From an uncultured delta proteobacterium (GTDB lineage: Bacteria > Desulfobacterota > Desulfomonilia > UBA1062), in contig CAVVYZ010000009.1 in NCBI GenBank assembly GCA_963752595.1, positions 192,001 through 256,000 of the forward strand: DNA of 64,000 bases. The letters run 5' to 3'. The position numbers and the translations under genes are program-made. The notes beneath the pieces were generated by a model. It was given only the letters and a program-made list of their open reading frames with translations. It was not told the origin of the DNA and made no database searches. Numbering within the stretch: the first letter of the stretch is position 1; each line of letters starts with the position of its first letter. This document shows positions 11,768-21,859 of the stretch, piece after piece.

Positions 11768-12853
11768 TTACTTATCCCAATTGGTAAATTTTGTTTTGAG
11801 TCGTTCGATAGTGTGACGCCATTTGGGCGTTGTCGGCTGGCAAACGGTGTTCTGGTTTCCGAAGAGCCCCACTTCATTCATGGCCTTTGTTTCCGGGACA
11901 GTATCAAGCCATTGAACACGTACAAAATGCTCGGCCTTTTCCGGATCCTCGGCATTCGCTTTCAGGCGGTCGATATACTTTGTAAGCACGTCAAGGCATG
12001 CCCGTTCGCCTTCTGGTGTCTGTACTTTGAAATCATTCACTGTCTGAACCGTTTCCGTGACGCGGCCTACCCCGACATAGCCGGTCTTGGGGATTTTCAC
12101 CCATACGCGATCACCCGGGGACAGCAGCTTCAGTGTCTGAGTATACCAGGTTCCGCCGCCTGCACTTATGAAACCGTACTTGCGGGCTTCTTCCCAGGAA
12201 CAATCACCGCCGAAAGAAACATAGTATTCACCGTTCCAGGGTTCTTTTTCCCCTGTAACCTTCCCTGTCACTGCATTGGCTTGAGTCTCACCCGGATCGA
12301 TCAGCCAGGCACGGCTGAGAAGCTTTGTGCCGTTGTGTTGAAAAACCTGGAAAAAGATTACATTGATGGCGATGTTGCGTGCGTTCAGGTATCCGATGAT
12401 GCGCTCGGTCGAATCATCCAGGGCTGACGCCACCAGGATGATCTGGTGCGATTGATTCAGGGATTCCTCGTCCAAGTCCGCGCCAAAGTGCTTTTTAAAG
12501 TCTTCGCTCAGATTTCCATCCTTGGAAAAGCGCTGGTATATCCGGACGATTTTCTCAGAGGTCAACTGCTCTACCCATGAGGCATAATCCAGTGCCTGGG
12601 CCACGATTTCCCGAGGCGTCCGATTTCGTTTCAGTTCGACCAGGACGAGCGATGCATCCGGAGCGATGGCGAGCAGATCGATACGTCCGCCATAGCTCGT
12701 GGATTCCTGCCTGCCGATGAGCATCCATTCGCTGGAAAGAATTTGTGGGGCCCTTATTATCATCTCCTCCAACTGCTGCTCGCTGTCCAGGGTTGTTGTA
12801 TCGAGGGGTGTTGGGTTCTCCGTAATTTTCCAGATTGCATGTTTTATTGGCAT
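11768..12853 (-). CDS. NucS/DUF91-like PD-(D/E)XK endonuclease with C-terminal putative PUA/EVE-like domain
   Basis: EQQLEE...GRIDLLAI...LVLVELKR...AQALDYA nuclease motifs; C-terminal SWEEARKYGFISAG...LSPGDRVWV...GYVGVGRV. Confidence 0.8.
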   Translation of the reverse strand: MPIKHAIWKITENPTPLDTTTLDSEQQLEEMIIRAPQILSSEWMLIGRQESTSYGGRIDLLAIAPDASLVLVELKRNRTPREIVAQALDYASWVEQLTSEKIVRIYQRFSKDGNLSEDFKKHFGADLDEESLNQSHQIILVASALDDSTERIIGYLNARNIAINVIFFQVFQHNGTKLLSRAWLIDPGETQANAVTGKVTGEKEPWNGEYYVSFGGDCSWEEARKYGFISAGGGTWYTQTLKLLSPGDRVWVKIPKTGYVGVGRVTETVQTVNDFKVQTPEGERACLDVLTKYIDRLKANAEDPEKAEHFVRVQWLDTVPETKAMNEVGLFGNQNTVCQPTTPKWRHTIERLKTKFTNWDK

Positions 12854-12856
12854 GCG

Positions 12857-14370
12857 TCAGTCCTTTCCCGGGAGTTTGCTGCTTCCCAGTCTTGCAGCGA
12901 TCTTGGTGAACTGCTCCAGCGCGGTCTCCAGATCGTCGGCGATCTCGGTGGCCAGGACGTCGGGGGCGGGAGCGAATCGGTGTCGGTCAGGCTCTTGTCC
13001 TTGATCCAGAACAGGTCGAGGCTCAGCTTGTCGCGCTTGAGCAGGTCGTCGTAGTCGTAGCAGCGCCAGCGGCCCTCCGGGTTCTCCTCGCTCCAGGTGG
13101 GCTTGCGTTCGTGTATGCGCGCCCGGCTTGTAGCAGGCGACGAACTCGTCGAAGTCCTTCCGCTGGATGGGCGACTGCTTGAGGGTGAAGTGCAGGTTGG
13201 TGCGCAGGTCATAGACCCAGAGCTTGTCGGTCCACGCCTCGGCCCGGCCCTCCTTCTTGTCGAAGAAGATCACGTTGGCCTTCACGCCGGGCGAATACCA
13301 GATGCCGGTGGGCAGCCGCAGCAGGGTGTGGACGCGGCACTTCTGCAGCAGGTTCCGCCGCACCTTCTCGCCCGCGCCGCCCTCGAAGAGCACGTTGTCC
13401 GGCACCACCACGGCGGCGCGGCCGTCGATCTTGAGCAGCGAATAGATGTGCTGCACGAAGTTGAGCTGCTTGTTGCTGGTGGAGGTCCAGAAATCCTCGC
13501 GGAACGACAACCTGGTCGTCCTTCTCCGTGTCGCCTTCCTCGTTCACGAAGAGCAGGCTCTGCTTCTTGCCGAAGGGCGGATTGGCCAGAACCATCGTAG
13601 TATTCGCTGCTCCACGGCGCGGCCAGGCTGTCGTGCCCGGCGTGGACCACCACCTTGTCGCCGCCGATGCCGTGCAGGTAGAGGTTCATCGCGCACATGC
13701 GGCCGACCTTGGGCGAGAGCTCCATGCCCTCGACCAGCTCCTCGCTGCAGCGCCCGCTTCTCGTCGCGGTCGAGATCCTTGTCGTAGCGATCCAGCACGT
13801 AGTTGTAGGCGTTGCAGAGGAAGCCGCCCGTGCCCGCCGCCGGGTCGCAGATGCGGTCCTGCCGGCGTCGGCTGCATCACCTCGCAGATCGCCTGGATGA
13901 CGGGCGCGGGTGTGAAGTACTGGCCCGCGCCGCGTGATGGATTCCTGGCGCCGAGCGCTGAGAGCAGTTCTTCGTAGATCGTGCCCTTCACGTCCACCGG
14001 CAGGCTGAGCCAGTCCACCTTGTCGATCAGGTTGACGATGAGCTGCTTCAGCAGCGCCGGGTTGTGGATCTCGCAGCGGGCGCCCTTGAAGATGACGCCC
14101 AGCATGCCGGGCTTGAGGCCGAGCTTTTCGAGGATCTCGCGGTACTTGTCCTCCAGCGCCGCGCCGTCGAGCGGCAGCAGGGCCTTCCAGCCAAGCTCCG
14201 GCGGCACGATGGGCTGGCTTGTTGTAGGGCGGCTCGGTGAGCTGGTCCGCCATCTTGAGGAAGAGCAGCAGCGTGAGCTGCTCCACGTATTCGAAGCAGC
14301 AGAGGCCGGCGTCCTGCAGGACGCCGGCGTAGCTCCATGCCCGTTTGCCGATCTGGGATGCGTCCATCAT
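12857..14370 (-). CDS. hsdM: Type I restriction-modification methyltransferase subunit M (frameshifted)
   Basis: GAGQYFTP, DPAAGTGGFL (motif I, across frames), VLANPPFG (m6A motif IV), AAVVVPDNVLFEGG, LLRLPTGIW. Confidence 0.9.
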
Positions 14371-15981
14371 GTATCCTTTGCTTTCTTTTTCGTCGACTGC
14401 GTCCGGCGCGGGTCGTTCCATTGGCCTTTCTGTCCGCCTTCTGTTGCTGCGTGCCTCACGGGCGCGCTGCTTCGCGTTCGGCGGCGATGCGTTTCAAGAG
14501 TTCGGAGGCGGGTTCGTCGTTCGGGTCCTGTGGCACGAGCTTGCCGGTGAAGGCGTGGCGCAGGATGGATTGGCGCAGCGCCTGGGCGCTCTTCAGCTTG
14601 GCGTCGAGGTCGGCTTCGAGGTGGTCGATGACGGAGAGCTGGTCTTCGACGGCTTCGACGATGGCTTCTTGTTCTGCAAATGGAGGCAATGGGATCGAGC
14701 AGATTTCACATACCTTGCGAAACTTCGAGCATAGAGTCGACTAGTTGCCTGTAGCTTTCGTGCACGAAAGCTGCTGACGCACAAGAGCAGCGTCGATAAT
14801 AGCCGATATTGGATACCAGTTCGCAATCGCACTAAAAGATCGATAATGGCAATCGCATACTGTGTATCCACTCGGATAGAAGTTGCGGTACGAGCATTCC
14901 TTGACCAATACAGATGCTCCTACCAGCTCACAGTACTTTGAGCGTGATAAAGAATGATCACCGGCCTTGAGGTTCGTGTCTCGAGGACAACTTCTGTTCG
15001 TTCTGGCAGATGCGTTACTCTGCCATCGTCAAGCTTCCCCATGACATATGCACGTAACCTTAATGACTGCGCACGTCACTCGAATTTGCTGACTCGGTTC
15101 ACGGCGTGAGTGACTTCCGTTCAGTACCATGTAACAAGCTGTTCGATTCGTAACCCAGCACCACCCCTTCGGCAGCGGCGGCAGGTTAGTGCGTATCAGG
15201 GGCGACTGGTTCCTTGTATTTCGCCTTCCAGTTCTTTGGCGGCTCCTGGCCCTTCTCCTTGAACTTGCGGAGTTGGTCTTCCTCCCAGCGGCGGCGGCGT
15301 TCGGCGAGGATGCGCTTGAGCAGTCGGAGGCGGGCTCGGTGTGCGGATGCTGCTGCCGCCATTCGGCGGTGAGCGTCGCCTTCCACCGCCGCCTTAAGCA
15401 CCGAGGCGCGGTAGAGCTTGAGCTTCGTCCCGCACCCGCTCCAACGCCGCCACCCCCGCGTCGAGATCGGAGAACAGTTCGTCGAGGGCATCGGCAATAC
15501 GTTCCTGCTCGTTGCAGCGGAGGAAGCAAGGTCTGAAATGCCTTGAGCCTGGTCGAAATCGACTCGCGGTCGGTCGCCCGTATTGATGGCGCCTGGCGAA
15601 GCTGTAACGCAAGTCCGGCGGTTGAGGCGATACTTCAGAAACGCTGCCAGAATTACCGATGACTCCGGCAACACAATGAACTCTCCCGAGCACAAGCCTG
15701 TGAAGTCAGGCTGGTACACCTTGTTCCAAATATGCGACCGTAAACGGCCATAGAGCACGTCGCCAGGCGAAACAGACATTCGCGCCACTCTTCATCGATC
15801 CGCACGGTACGCGTTCCGAGGAGTCGCATCGTATGCGGCTTCAATCTGTTCCATCCCGATAAACTTGGCATCACGGTGTCGCCTGCGGATCAGCTTTTCC
15901 ACTGCGCGGTTCAGTTACGATATCAGCGAGAGTCGTAGCAGCCCACCCTGGTGGAAGTGATCTCTATCGTTGTTCGCTCAC
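14370..15981 (-). CDS. hsdS: Type I restriction-modification specificity subunit S (frameshifted)
   Basis: LPPGW and LPKGW repeats, EQERIAD/EQEAIVE conserved helices, LRQSILRHAFTGKLVPQDPNDEPASELLKRI; GTG start overlaps hsdR stop (GTGA). Confidence 0.88.
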
Positions 15982-18840
15982 GCTGCCAGCCTCTCATTCA
16001 GTCTCCGCCATCAGCGGCTTGAGCTTGTCGCCGAAGAGAGCATGGGCCTGGCCCAGGCTGCCGTGCTGGCCGAACCAGCCGTCCTCGAAGTCCTCCGGCT
16101 CGATGGCGAGGCTGGTGGCGATGTGTTCGGCCATGCGGTCGAGCCATTCGCGCTGCTCGGGGGTGAAGCGTGCTGGCCGCGTCGCGTTCCTGCGAGCCAG
16201 GCGTCGATAGCGCTCCCGCACTTCCTCGCGCGTAGGGCACAAGGGTGAAAGACGGGCATGAGGGCGTGGCGGACCAGGGTGACAAGGTCGGTCAGCTGCT
16301 CGCCGCCGGTGCCCTTGACCTTGTCCGCTCTCCACGGCCTGGAAGGCGCGCCAGAGCTGCGTGGGCGTGGCGGCGAGCGGCGGGCGTGGCCAGGGCGTCT
16401 CTCAATTGCCGAAGATCCTTGAGCGAGAGCTTGAGCGGCCTGCGTGCCGGCGTAGAGCACCTGCAGGGCGGTGAGTTCGTCCTTGTGGCCGTCGATCCAG
16501 GCGCGGAAGTCCTTGACCTTGGCCTGGGCCTTGTCCACCGCCGCGGCGTCGAAGCCGGCGTAGAGCACGTCGTCGATGGTGTGGCGGTCGATGGTCTGCT
16601 CGTTCTGCTGCGCGGATTTCGAGGATGCGGCGGCGGAACGCGGCCTTGAGGAAGGGCGTGACGGCGTCCTGCGCGAGTTGCTCGGCGGCTTGCTTGATCT
16701 GCGTCCTCGGTCGGCTCGCCGGTGACGCCGAACAGTTTCTTCGCGGCGTCGATCTGCGCGTCCGGGTCGCAGGCGTTCAAAGGTCGTGCGCGAGGTCGGG
16801 GAAGGACTTGCCGCCGGCGAGGTCCCGCAGTTCGGCGAGCTGATCCGGGCTGAACTCGCGCTGCAGCCGGGCGAGGCGGCCGGCCAGCGTGGTGAGCGCA
16901 TCGGGGTCGGTGCCGCCCTGGGCGACGTATTCGAGCAGCTCTTCCAGCGTGGCGGAGGGCTTGCGGTTGAGCGTGTGGGAGTCGGTCTTGTCCTGCTCGC
17001 AGACGCCCACGGCATCCACGATGATGAAGCGGTCCTTGGCCTTGGCGCTGGGCGTGACGACCTCGCAGCTTGTCCGGCGAGATGACGCGCACGCCGCGGC
17101 CCTTCATCTGCTCGAAGAAGCCGGCGGACTTCACGTTGCGCAGGAAGAAGACGCACTCGATGGGCTTCACGTCGGTGCCGGTGGAGATCATGTCCACGGT
17201 GACGGCGATGCGCGGGAAGAAGCTGTTGCGGAAGTTGGCGAGGATTTCGTCGGGCGTGAGGCTGGAGGTCTTCACCCACTCGGTGACCTCGCGACTCGGT
17301 GCCGTCGTCGTTCTTCACCTTCTTCGTGACCTTGGTGAAGCCGGTGCGGTAGGTGATCTTCTGGCAGAAGTCGTTTCCCTCGGCGAACACCTCGCGCACG
17401 ATGCGGACGATGTCGTCGGCGTGGGAGTCGTCCTTGGCGAAGATGAGCGTCTTGGGCACCTCGGTGCGGCCGGGGAAGGCGTCGGGCAGCACCTTGTCGC
17501 GGAACTGCTGGAGGACGGTGCGGATCTGGCTTTCGGAGACGACGTCGCGGTCGAGTTGGTTGGCGGTGTAGGTGAGGTCCTGACTGAGCAGTTCGAGCCG
17601 CTCGGCGCGGGTGAGCTTGTGGCGCTTGTCCACATAGACGCCGGTGTCGCCGGCGACGATGGTGGCGCCCTGCTCGGTGATGCGGGTGCGGATGCGGTAA
17701 ACGTCGAAGTCCACGTTGACGCCGTCGGTGACGGCCTCGTCGTGGCCGTACTGCATGACGAGGTTCTGATTGAAGAAGCCGATGGTCTTGCCGGCGGGCG
17801 TGGCGGTGAGGCCGATCAGGAAGGCATCGAAGTAGAGCAGCACCTGGCTCCACAGCTCGTAGATGGAGCGGTGGCACTCGTCCACGATGATGAAGTCGAA
17901 GAACTCGGGCGGGATGCCGGCGTTGTAGACCACATCGGGCGGCTCGCCCTGCCACGGCTTGGCGGAATCGAAGGCGGAGCCCTCTTCGTTGCCGGCGTCG
18001 AACTCGGCCTCGCCCTTGAGCATCGAGTAGAGGCGCTGGATGGTGGTGATGACGACCTTGGCGGCGGGGTTGATGGAGTTGGTCTTGAGCCGCTGGACGG
18101 TGTAGAGCGTCGGGAACTTGCGCGGGTCGTCGGGCGGCGTCGAAGTTGGCGAACTCGTCCTCGGTCTGCTTGCCGAGATTGCCGCGGTCCACCAGGAAGA
18201 GGATGCGCTTGGCGCCGGCGAACTTGAGCAGGCGATAGGCGACATTGACGGCGGTGAAGGTCTTGCCGGAGCCGGTCGCCATCTGGATGAGGGCGCGCGG
18301 GTCGGCCTCGGCGAAGGAGTCTTCGAGGTTGCGGATGGCCTGCGCCTGGACTTTCCAGAGGCCGCGCCTCGTCGAGCGGCGGCAGGTGCTTCAGTCGGGC
18401 GCGAAGCTGCGCCGGCTGCGCCAGCCACTCGGCGAGCGTTTCCGGGCGCGGGAAGTTGAAGACCTGCCGGCTGCGCGGCTTCGGGTCGAGGCCGTTGGTG
18501 AAGTAGGTCACGGAGCCGTTGGACTCGAACAGGAACGGCAGCGGGCGTCGGTGTGCGGGCAGGTTGTCGGCAGGCCGGCGGCGTACTTGGCGGACTGCGC
18601 CTCGACGCCCGTGAGCGTGCCCTCGGCCTTGGCCTCGACCGCGCCCACGGCCTTGCGGTCGAGATAGAGCAGGTAGTCGGCGAAGCCGAACCCGGACTTC
18701 ATCGGGAACTCGCGCACAGCGATGCCGCGGCCGGCGGTCAGGTCGAGATCGTCGCGGTCCTGCACGAGCCAGCCGGCCGCCGTCAGGTTCGCGTCGATCT
18801 CGCGTCGGGCTTTCTGTTCAGGGGTTTCATGCCCATACAT
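15978..18840 (-). CDS. hsdR: Type I restriction endonuclease subunit R (DEAD/DEAH helicase; frameshifted)
   Basis: TPEQKARREID, ADYLLY..AVEAK nuclease motif, MATGSGKT Walker A, IIVDECHRSIY, GLTATP, FEQMKGRG. Confidence 0.92.
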
Positions 18841-19234
18841 AGGTGATGATCCTTCTTTTTGTCACTTGTCTTTAAGGTTCGTGTAAAAGGACAGCACAAA
18901 GAGGATGTTTCTTTTGAATCCAAAATCTCCCCATCTATTCACCATTCCAATCCATTGTCATTTGTTAGTTTTTTCTATTGTAGCACAAATATAACAATCA
19001 GGGGTATAGAGTTCCTTTTTCACTACATGGAAGAGACAATGGTTCTCCCAGTGGGTAGTCTGCGGTCGGCAACTGAGATTATGGATAGGATCAAAAACTG
19101 ATTGTCACAGATAATCATATCTTTGTCACAATTTTATCACAGCAGATAAAAAACAGCGGATCGAATCTCGGGTGACTCAAGGGTAACAGCCTCAAAGAAC
19201 ATATCAGCTGAAACAAACCGGAATAACCCTATAA

Positions 19235-19270
19235 AGCAAAAGGGACCCGGCATCTTCTGCCGGGTCCCTT
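19235..19270 (-). terminator. Rho-independent terminator of the tRNA operon
   Basis: Stem AAGGGACCCGGCA / TGCCGGGTCCCTT followed on the minus strand by TTGCTTT. Confidence 0.8.
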
Positions 19271-19278
19271 CTATGAAT

Positions 19279-19355
19279 TGGTGGACCATGTAGGGCTCGA
19301 ACCTACGACCTACTGATTAAGAGTCAGTTGCTCTACCTGTTGAGCTAATGGTCCA
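19279..19355 (-). tRNA. tRNA-Lys(CTT)
   Basis: Minus strand TGGACCATTAGCTCAACAGGTAGAGC...CTGA-CTCTTAA-TCAG...GGTTCGAGCCC...TGGTCCA-CCA cloverleaf. Confidence 0.95.
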
Positions 19356-19371
19356 TATACTTACTTCTGAG

Positions 19372-19445
19372 TACGCCCGGGGCGACTCGAACGCCCGGCC
19401 TGCGGATTCGAAGTCCGACGCTCTATCCAACTGAGCTACGGGCGC
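19372..19445 (-). tRNA. tRNA-Arg(TCG)
   Basis: GCGCCCGTAGCTCAGTTGGATAGAGC, anticodon loop CTTCGAA, T-arm GTTCGAGTC; CCA not encoded. Confidence 0.92.
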
Positions 19446-19459
19446 ATATATCATAAAAC

Positions 19460-19536
19460 TGGGGTGAGTGAAGGGGATCGAACCCTCGGCCACAGGGGCC
19501 ACAATCCTGCGCTCTACCAACTGAGCTACACTCACC
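19460..19536 (-). tRNA. tRNA-His(GTG)
   Basis: G-1 plus GTGAGTGTAGCTCAGTTGGTAGAGC, loop TTGTGGC, GGTTCGATCCC, ends CCA. Confidence 0.95.
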
Positions 19537-19551
19537 ATAAGATCTGTAGCA

Positions 19552-19625
<74 letters not shown>

Positions 19626-19640
19626 CCAACCGGCCCGCTC

Positions 19641-19718
<78 letters not shown>

Positions 19719-19727
19719 TAGCCGAGC

Positions 19728-19756
19728 CTTATAGCAAAGGGGATATCGCATGGCAA
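19728..19756 (-). promoter_or_regulatory. Sigma70-type promoter of the tRNA operon
   Basis: Minus strand TTGCCA-17 nt-TATAAG, 9 nt upstream of tRNA-Pro, A-rich upstream. Confidence 0.65.
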
Positions 19757-19926
19757 GCACTTTTTCTCCCAGGCCTTCCGATCATTAACTGGTTAAATTA
19801 ATTATCTTAAAAAGTGTTCTCCCCCGGCCTATCTTCCCCACGCCATGAACGGTACCGCAAAAAGGAACGAAATAAAATCAGCCGGGTACCATAATGCAGC
19901 ATATCCTCACGAACCGCCGGGCCCGG

Positions 19927-20400
19927 TCAGGAAAGCGTCTGCCCCTGCCTCACGATCTCATCGTACAGGCTCTCCTCGACTGCCTCCATCTCGTTGGCCT
20001 CTTCATCCGTTCCCCGCTCGTGATCGTATCCAACAAGATGGCAGATTCCATGCACCAGGAGCTGGAGCATCCTCTCTCTGGCCGTCATGCCCGCATCTTC
20101 CGCTTCCTGGCCGGCCTTCTCGATCGATATCACCACGTCCCCGAGGTGATCTCCTGAAGGACCGTCTCCCTCCTGCTGGGGGAAAGAGATCACATTGGTC
20201 GGCCGATCATGATCCAGGTAGGTCCTGTTCAAATCCCGGATCTGATCGTTATCCACGATCACCACCGAGAGCTCCGCGTCCTCGATATCGAGGAGGGAGA
20301 GGGCCTGCATTGCCCACTTCCCGATCGGGAGATCGTCGACAGGAGAATGCTTCTGGAGGTTCTGGACATCAATGACGACCATTCGGAGCGTACCTCTCAT
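19927..20400 (-). CDS. ybeY: rRNA maturation RNase YbeY
   Basis: LNRTY...[29 protein letters not shown] (H3XH5XH). Confidence 0.95.
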   Translation of the reverse strand: MRGTLRMVVIDVQNLQKHSPVDDLPIGKWAMQALSLLDIEDAELSVVIVDNDQIRDLNRTYLDHDRPTNVISFPQQEGDGPSGDHLGDVVISIEKAGQEAEDAGMTARERMLQLLVHGICHLVGYDHERGTDEEANEMEAVEESLYDEIVRQGQTLS

Positions 20401-21326
20401 AGGCCTTGATGATCTTGGCTACGACCTTGTGGCGGACGACATCGTCCTCGCTGAAATAGGTAAACCCGATCTCATCGATCTCCTTCAGGATCTGGGATGC
20501 CTCTATGAGTCCGGACCTCACGCCTGAGGGAAGGTCTATCTGGGTGACATCGCCGGTGATGACCGCCTTTGAATTGAACCCGAGCCTGGTGAGGAACATC
20601 TTCATCTGCTCCGAGGTAGTGTTCTGTGCCTCGTCTAGGATGATAAAGGCATCATTCAAGGTCCTGCCCCGCATGAACGCCAGAGGGGCGCACCTCGATC
20701 TGGTCCCTGCTGATCAGCCGCAGGACATGGTCGTGATCGAGCATGTCGTAAAGTGCGTCGTACAGCGGCCTCAAGTACGGATTCACCTTCTCCAGGAGGT
20801 CACCGGGAAGAAAACCGAGCTTCTCCCCCGCCTCTACGGCGGGCCTGGCAAGGATGATCCTCTCCACCTTCTTTTTCAGCAGATAGGAAACGCCCATGGC
20901 AAGGGCGAGATAGGTCTTTCCGGTTCCTGCGGGCCCGATCCCGAAGAGTATGTCCTTGACCCTCATGGAATCGATATAACGCTTCTGCTGCAGGCTTTTG
21001 GGCACGATGACCTTCTTTGTGGAAGAGATGTAAATACTGTCCTTGAACACTTCCTCGAGGTTGACGTTTCTGTCTTTGGCGAGCATGCGTACGGCGTACC
21101 AGACGTCATCGGGATAGAGAGGGAACCCGCCCTTGATAAGCTTATAGAGGTCTTTCAGCGCCTGCTCGGCGAGCTGGACATCGTAATCCTCTCCGGAGAG
21201 CTCAATGGTGTTGCCTTTGAGCGAGCACTTCACCCCGACGGATTCCTCGATGATCTTCAGATGAGAGCAGCTGTCTCCTGCGAGCTGGCGCAATATATAC
21301 GGGTCGGAAAATTCTACACTGGGCAT
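20369..21326 (-). CDS. phoH: PhoH family ATPase (frameshift near 20690)
   Basis: [52 protein letters not shown]. Confidence 0.93.
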
Positions 21327-21447
21327 GAAGAACGACCTGCCTTTCCCCAAGTTCTCATAAGATTTCTGATATATCATAACGTGTGGGAAGACAAGGCCCT
21401 CTTATGCCGGAACCCCCCCGTACGTGCCCAGAACAATATAGAATATG

Positions 21448-21476
21448 TTGCACTGGAATATTTTGTGTACTATGTT
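21448..21476 (+). promoter_or_regulatory. Candidate sigma70 promoter for queD operon
   Basis: TTGCAC-17 nt-TATGTT, 6 nt before the ATG at 21483. Confidence 0.4.
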
Positions 21477-21482
21477 CTGCCC

Positions 21483-21848
21483 ATGTTCAAAGCAAAAGTA
21501 ATCGATACATTCAGCGCAGCGCACAGGCTCTACGAGTACCAGGGAGACTGCGAGAGGCTCCACGGTCACAACTACCGCGTCGAGGCCGTTGTCCGGTCGG
21601 AGACGCTTGATTCCATAGGGATCGTCATGGACTTCAGGGAATTGAAGCAGCTCCTGAAAGGGGTCGTTGCCGAGCTGGATCACCAGTACCTCAATGACCT
21701 TGCGCCCTTCAGGAAGGATAACCCTTCCGCAGAAAACATCGCCCGGTATATCTTCACCAGTTTGTCCCCGCTTATCAGGGAACCGGTGAAGCTTTCGGAA
21801 ATCATCGTGTGGGAGAATGACACCTCCTGCATAACCGTAACCTCATAA
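21483..21848 (+). CDS. queD: 6-carboxytetrahydropterin synthase QueD
   Basis: 3' part of ORF 20505..21848: FSAAHRL..Y.GDCERLHGHNY, MDF, LDHQYLND, NPSAENIA, VWEN. Confidence 0.93.
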   Translation: MFKAKVIDTFSAAHRLYEYQGDCERLHGHNYRVEAVVRSETLDSIGIVMDFRELKQLLKGVVAELDHQYLNDLAPFRKDNPSAENIARYIFTSLSPLIREPVKLSEIIVWENDTSCITVTS

Positions 21849-21859
21849 GGATCGACACC

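Larger units (their letters stand above)
9931..19355. mobile_element. tRNA-Lys-anchored defence island (no intact integrase)
   Basis: Direct repeat of tRNA sequence at both ends; cargo is solely defence genes; base composition differs from flanks. Confidence 0.75.

Noticed and set aside
5528-18428. Long alternative-frame ORFs (e.g. 5528..6826 +, 11534..12427 +, 17070..18227 +)
   Set aside because: Antisense or off-frame shadows of well-supported genes in GC-rich DNA; no recognisable motifs.
20505-21482. Apparent 447 aa QueD with a long N-terminal extension
   Set aside because: The extension is the antisense shadow of phoH; QueD homology begins at ATG 21483.
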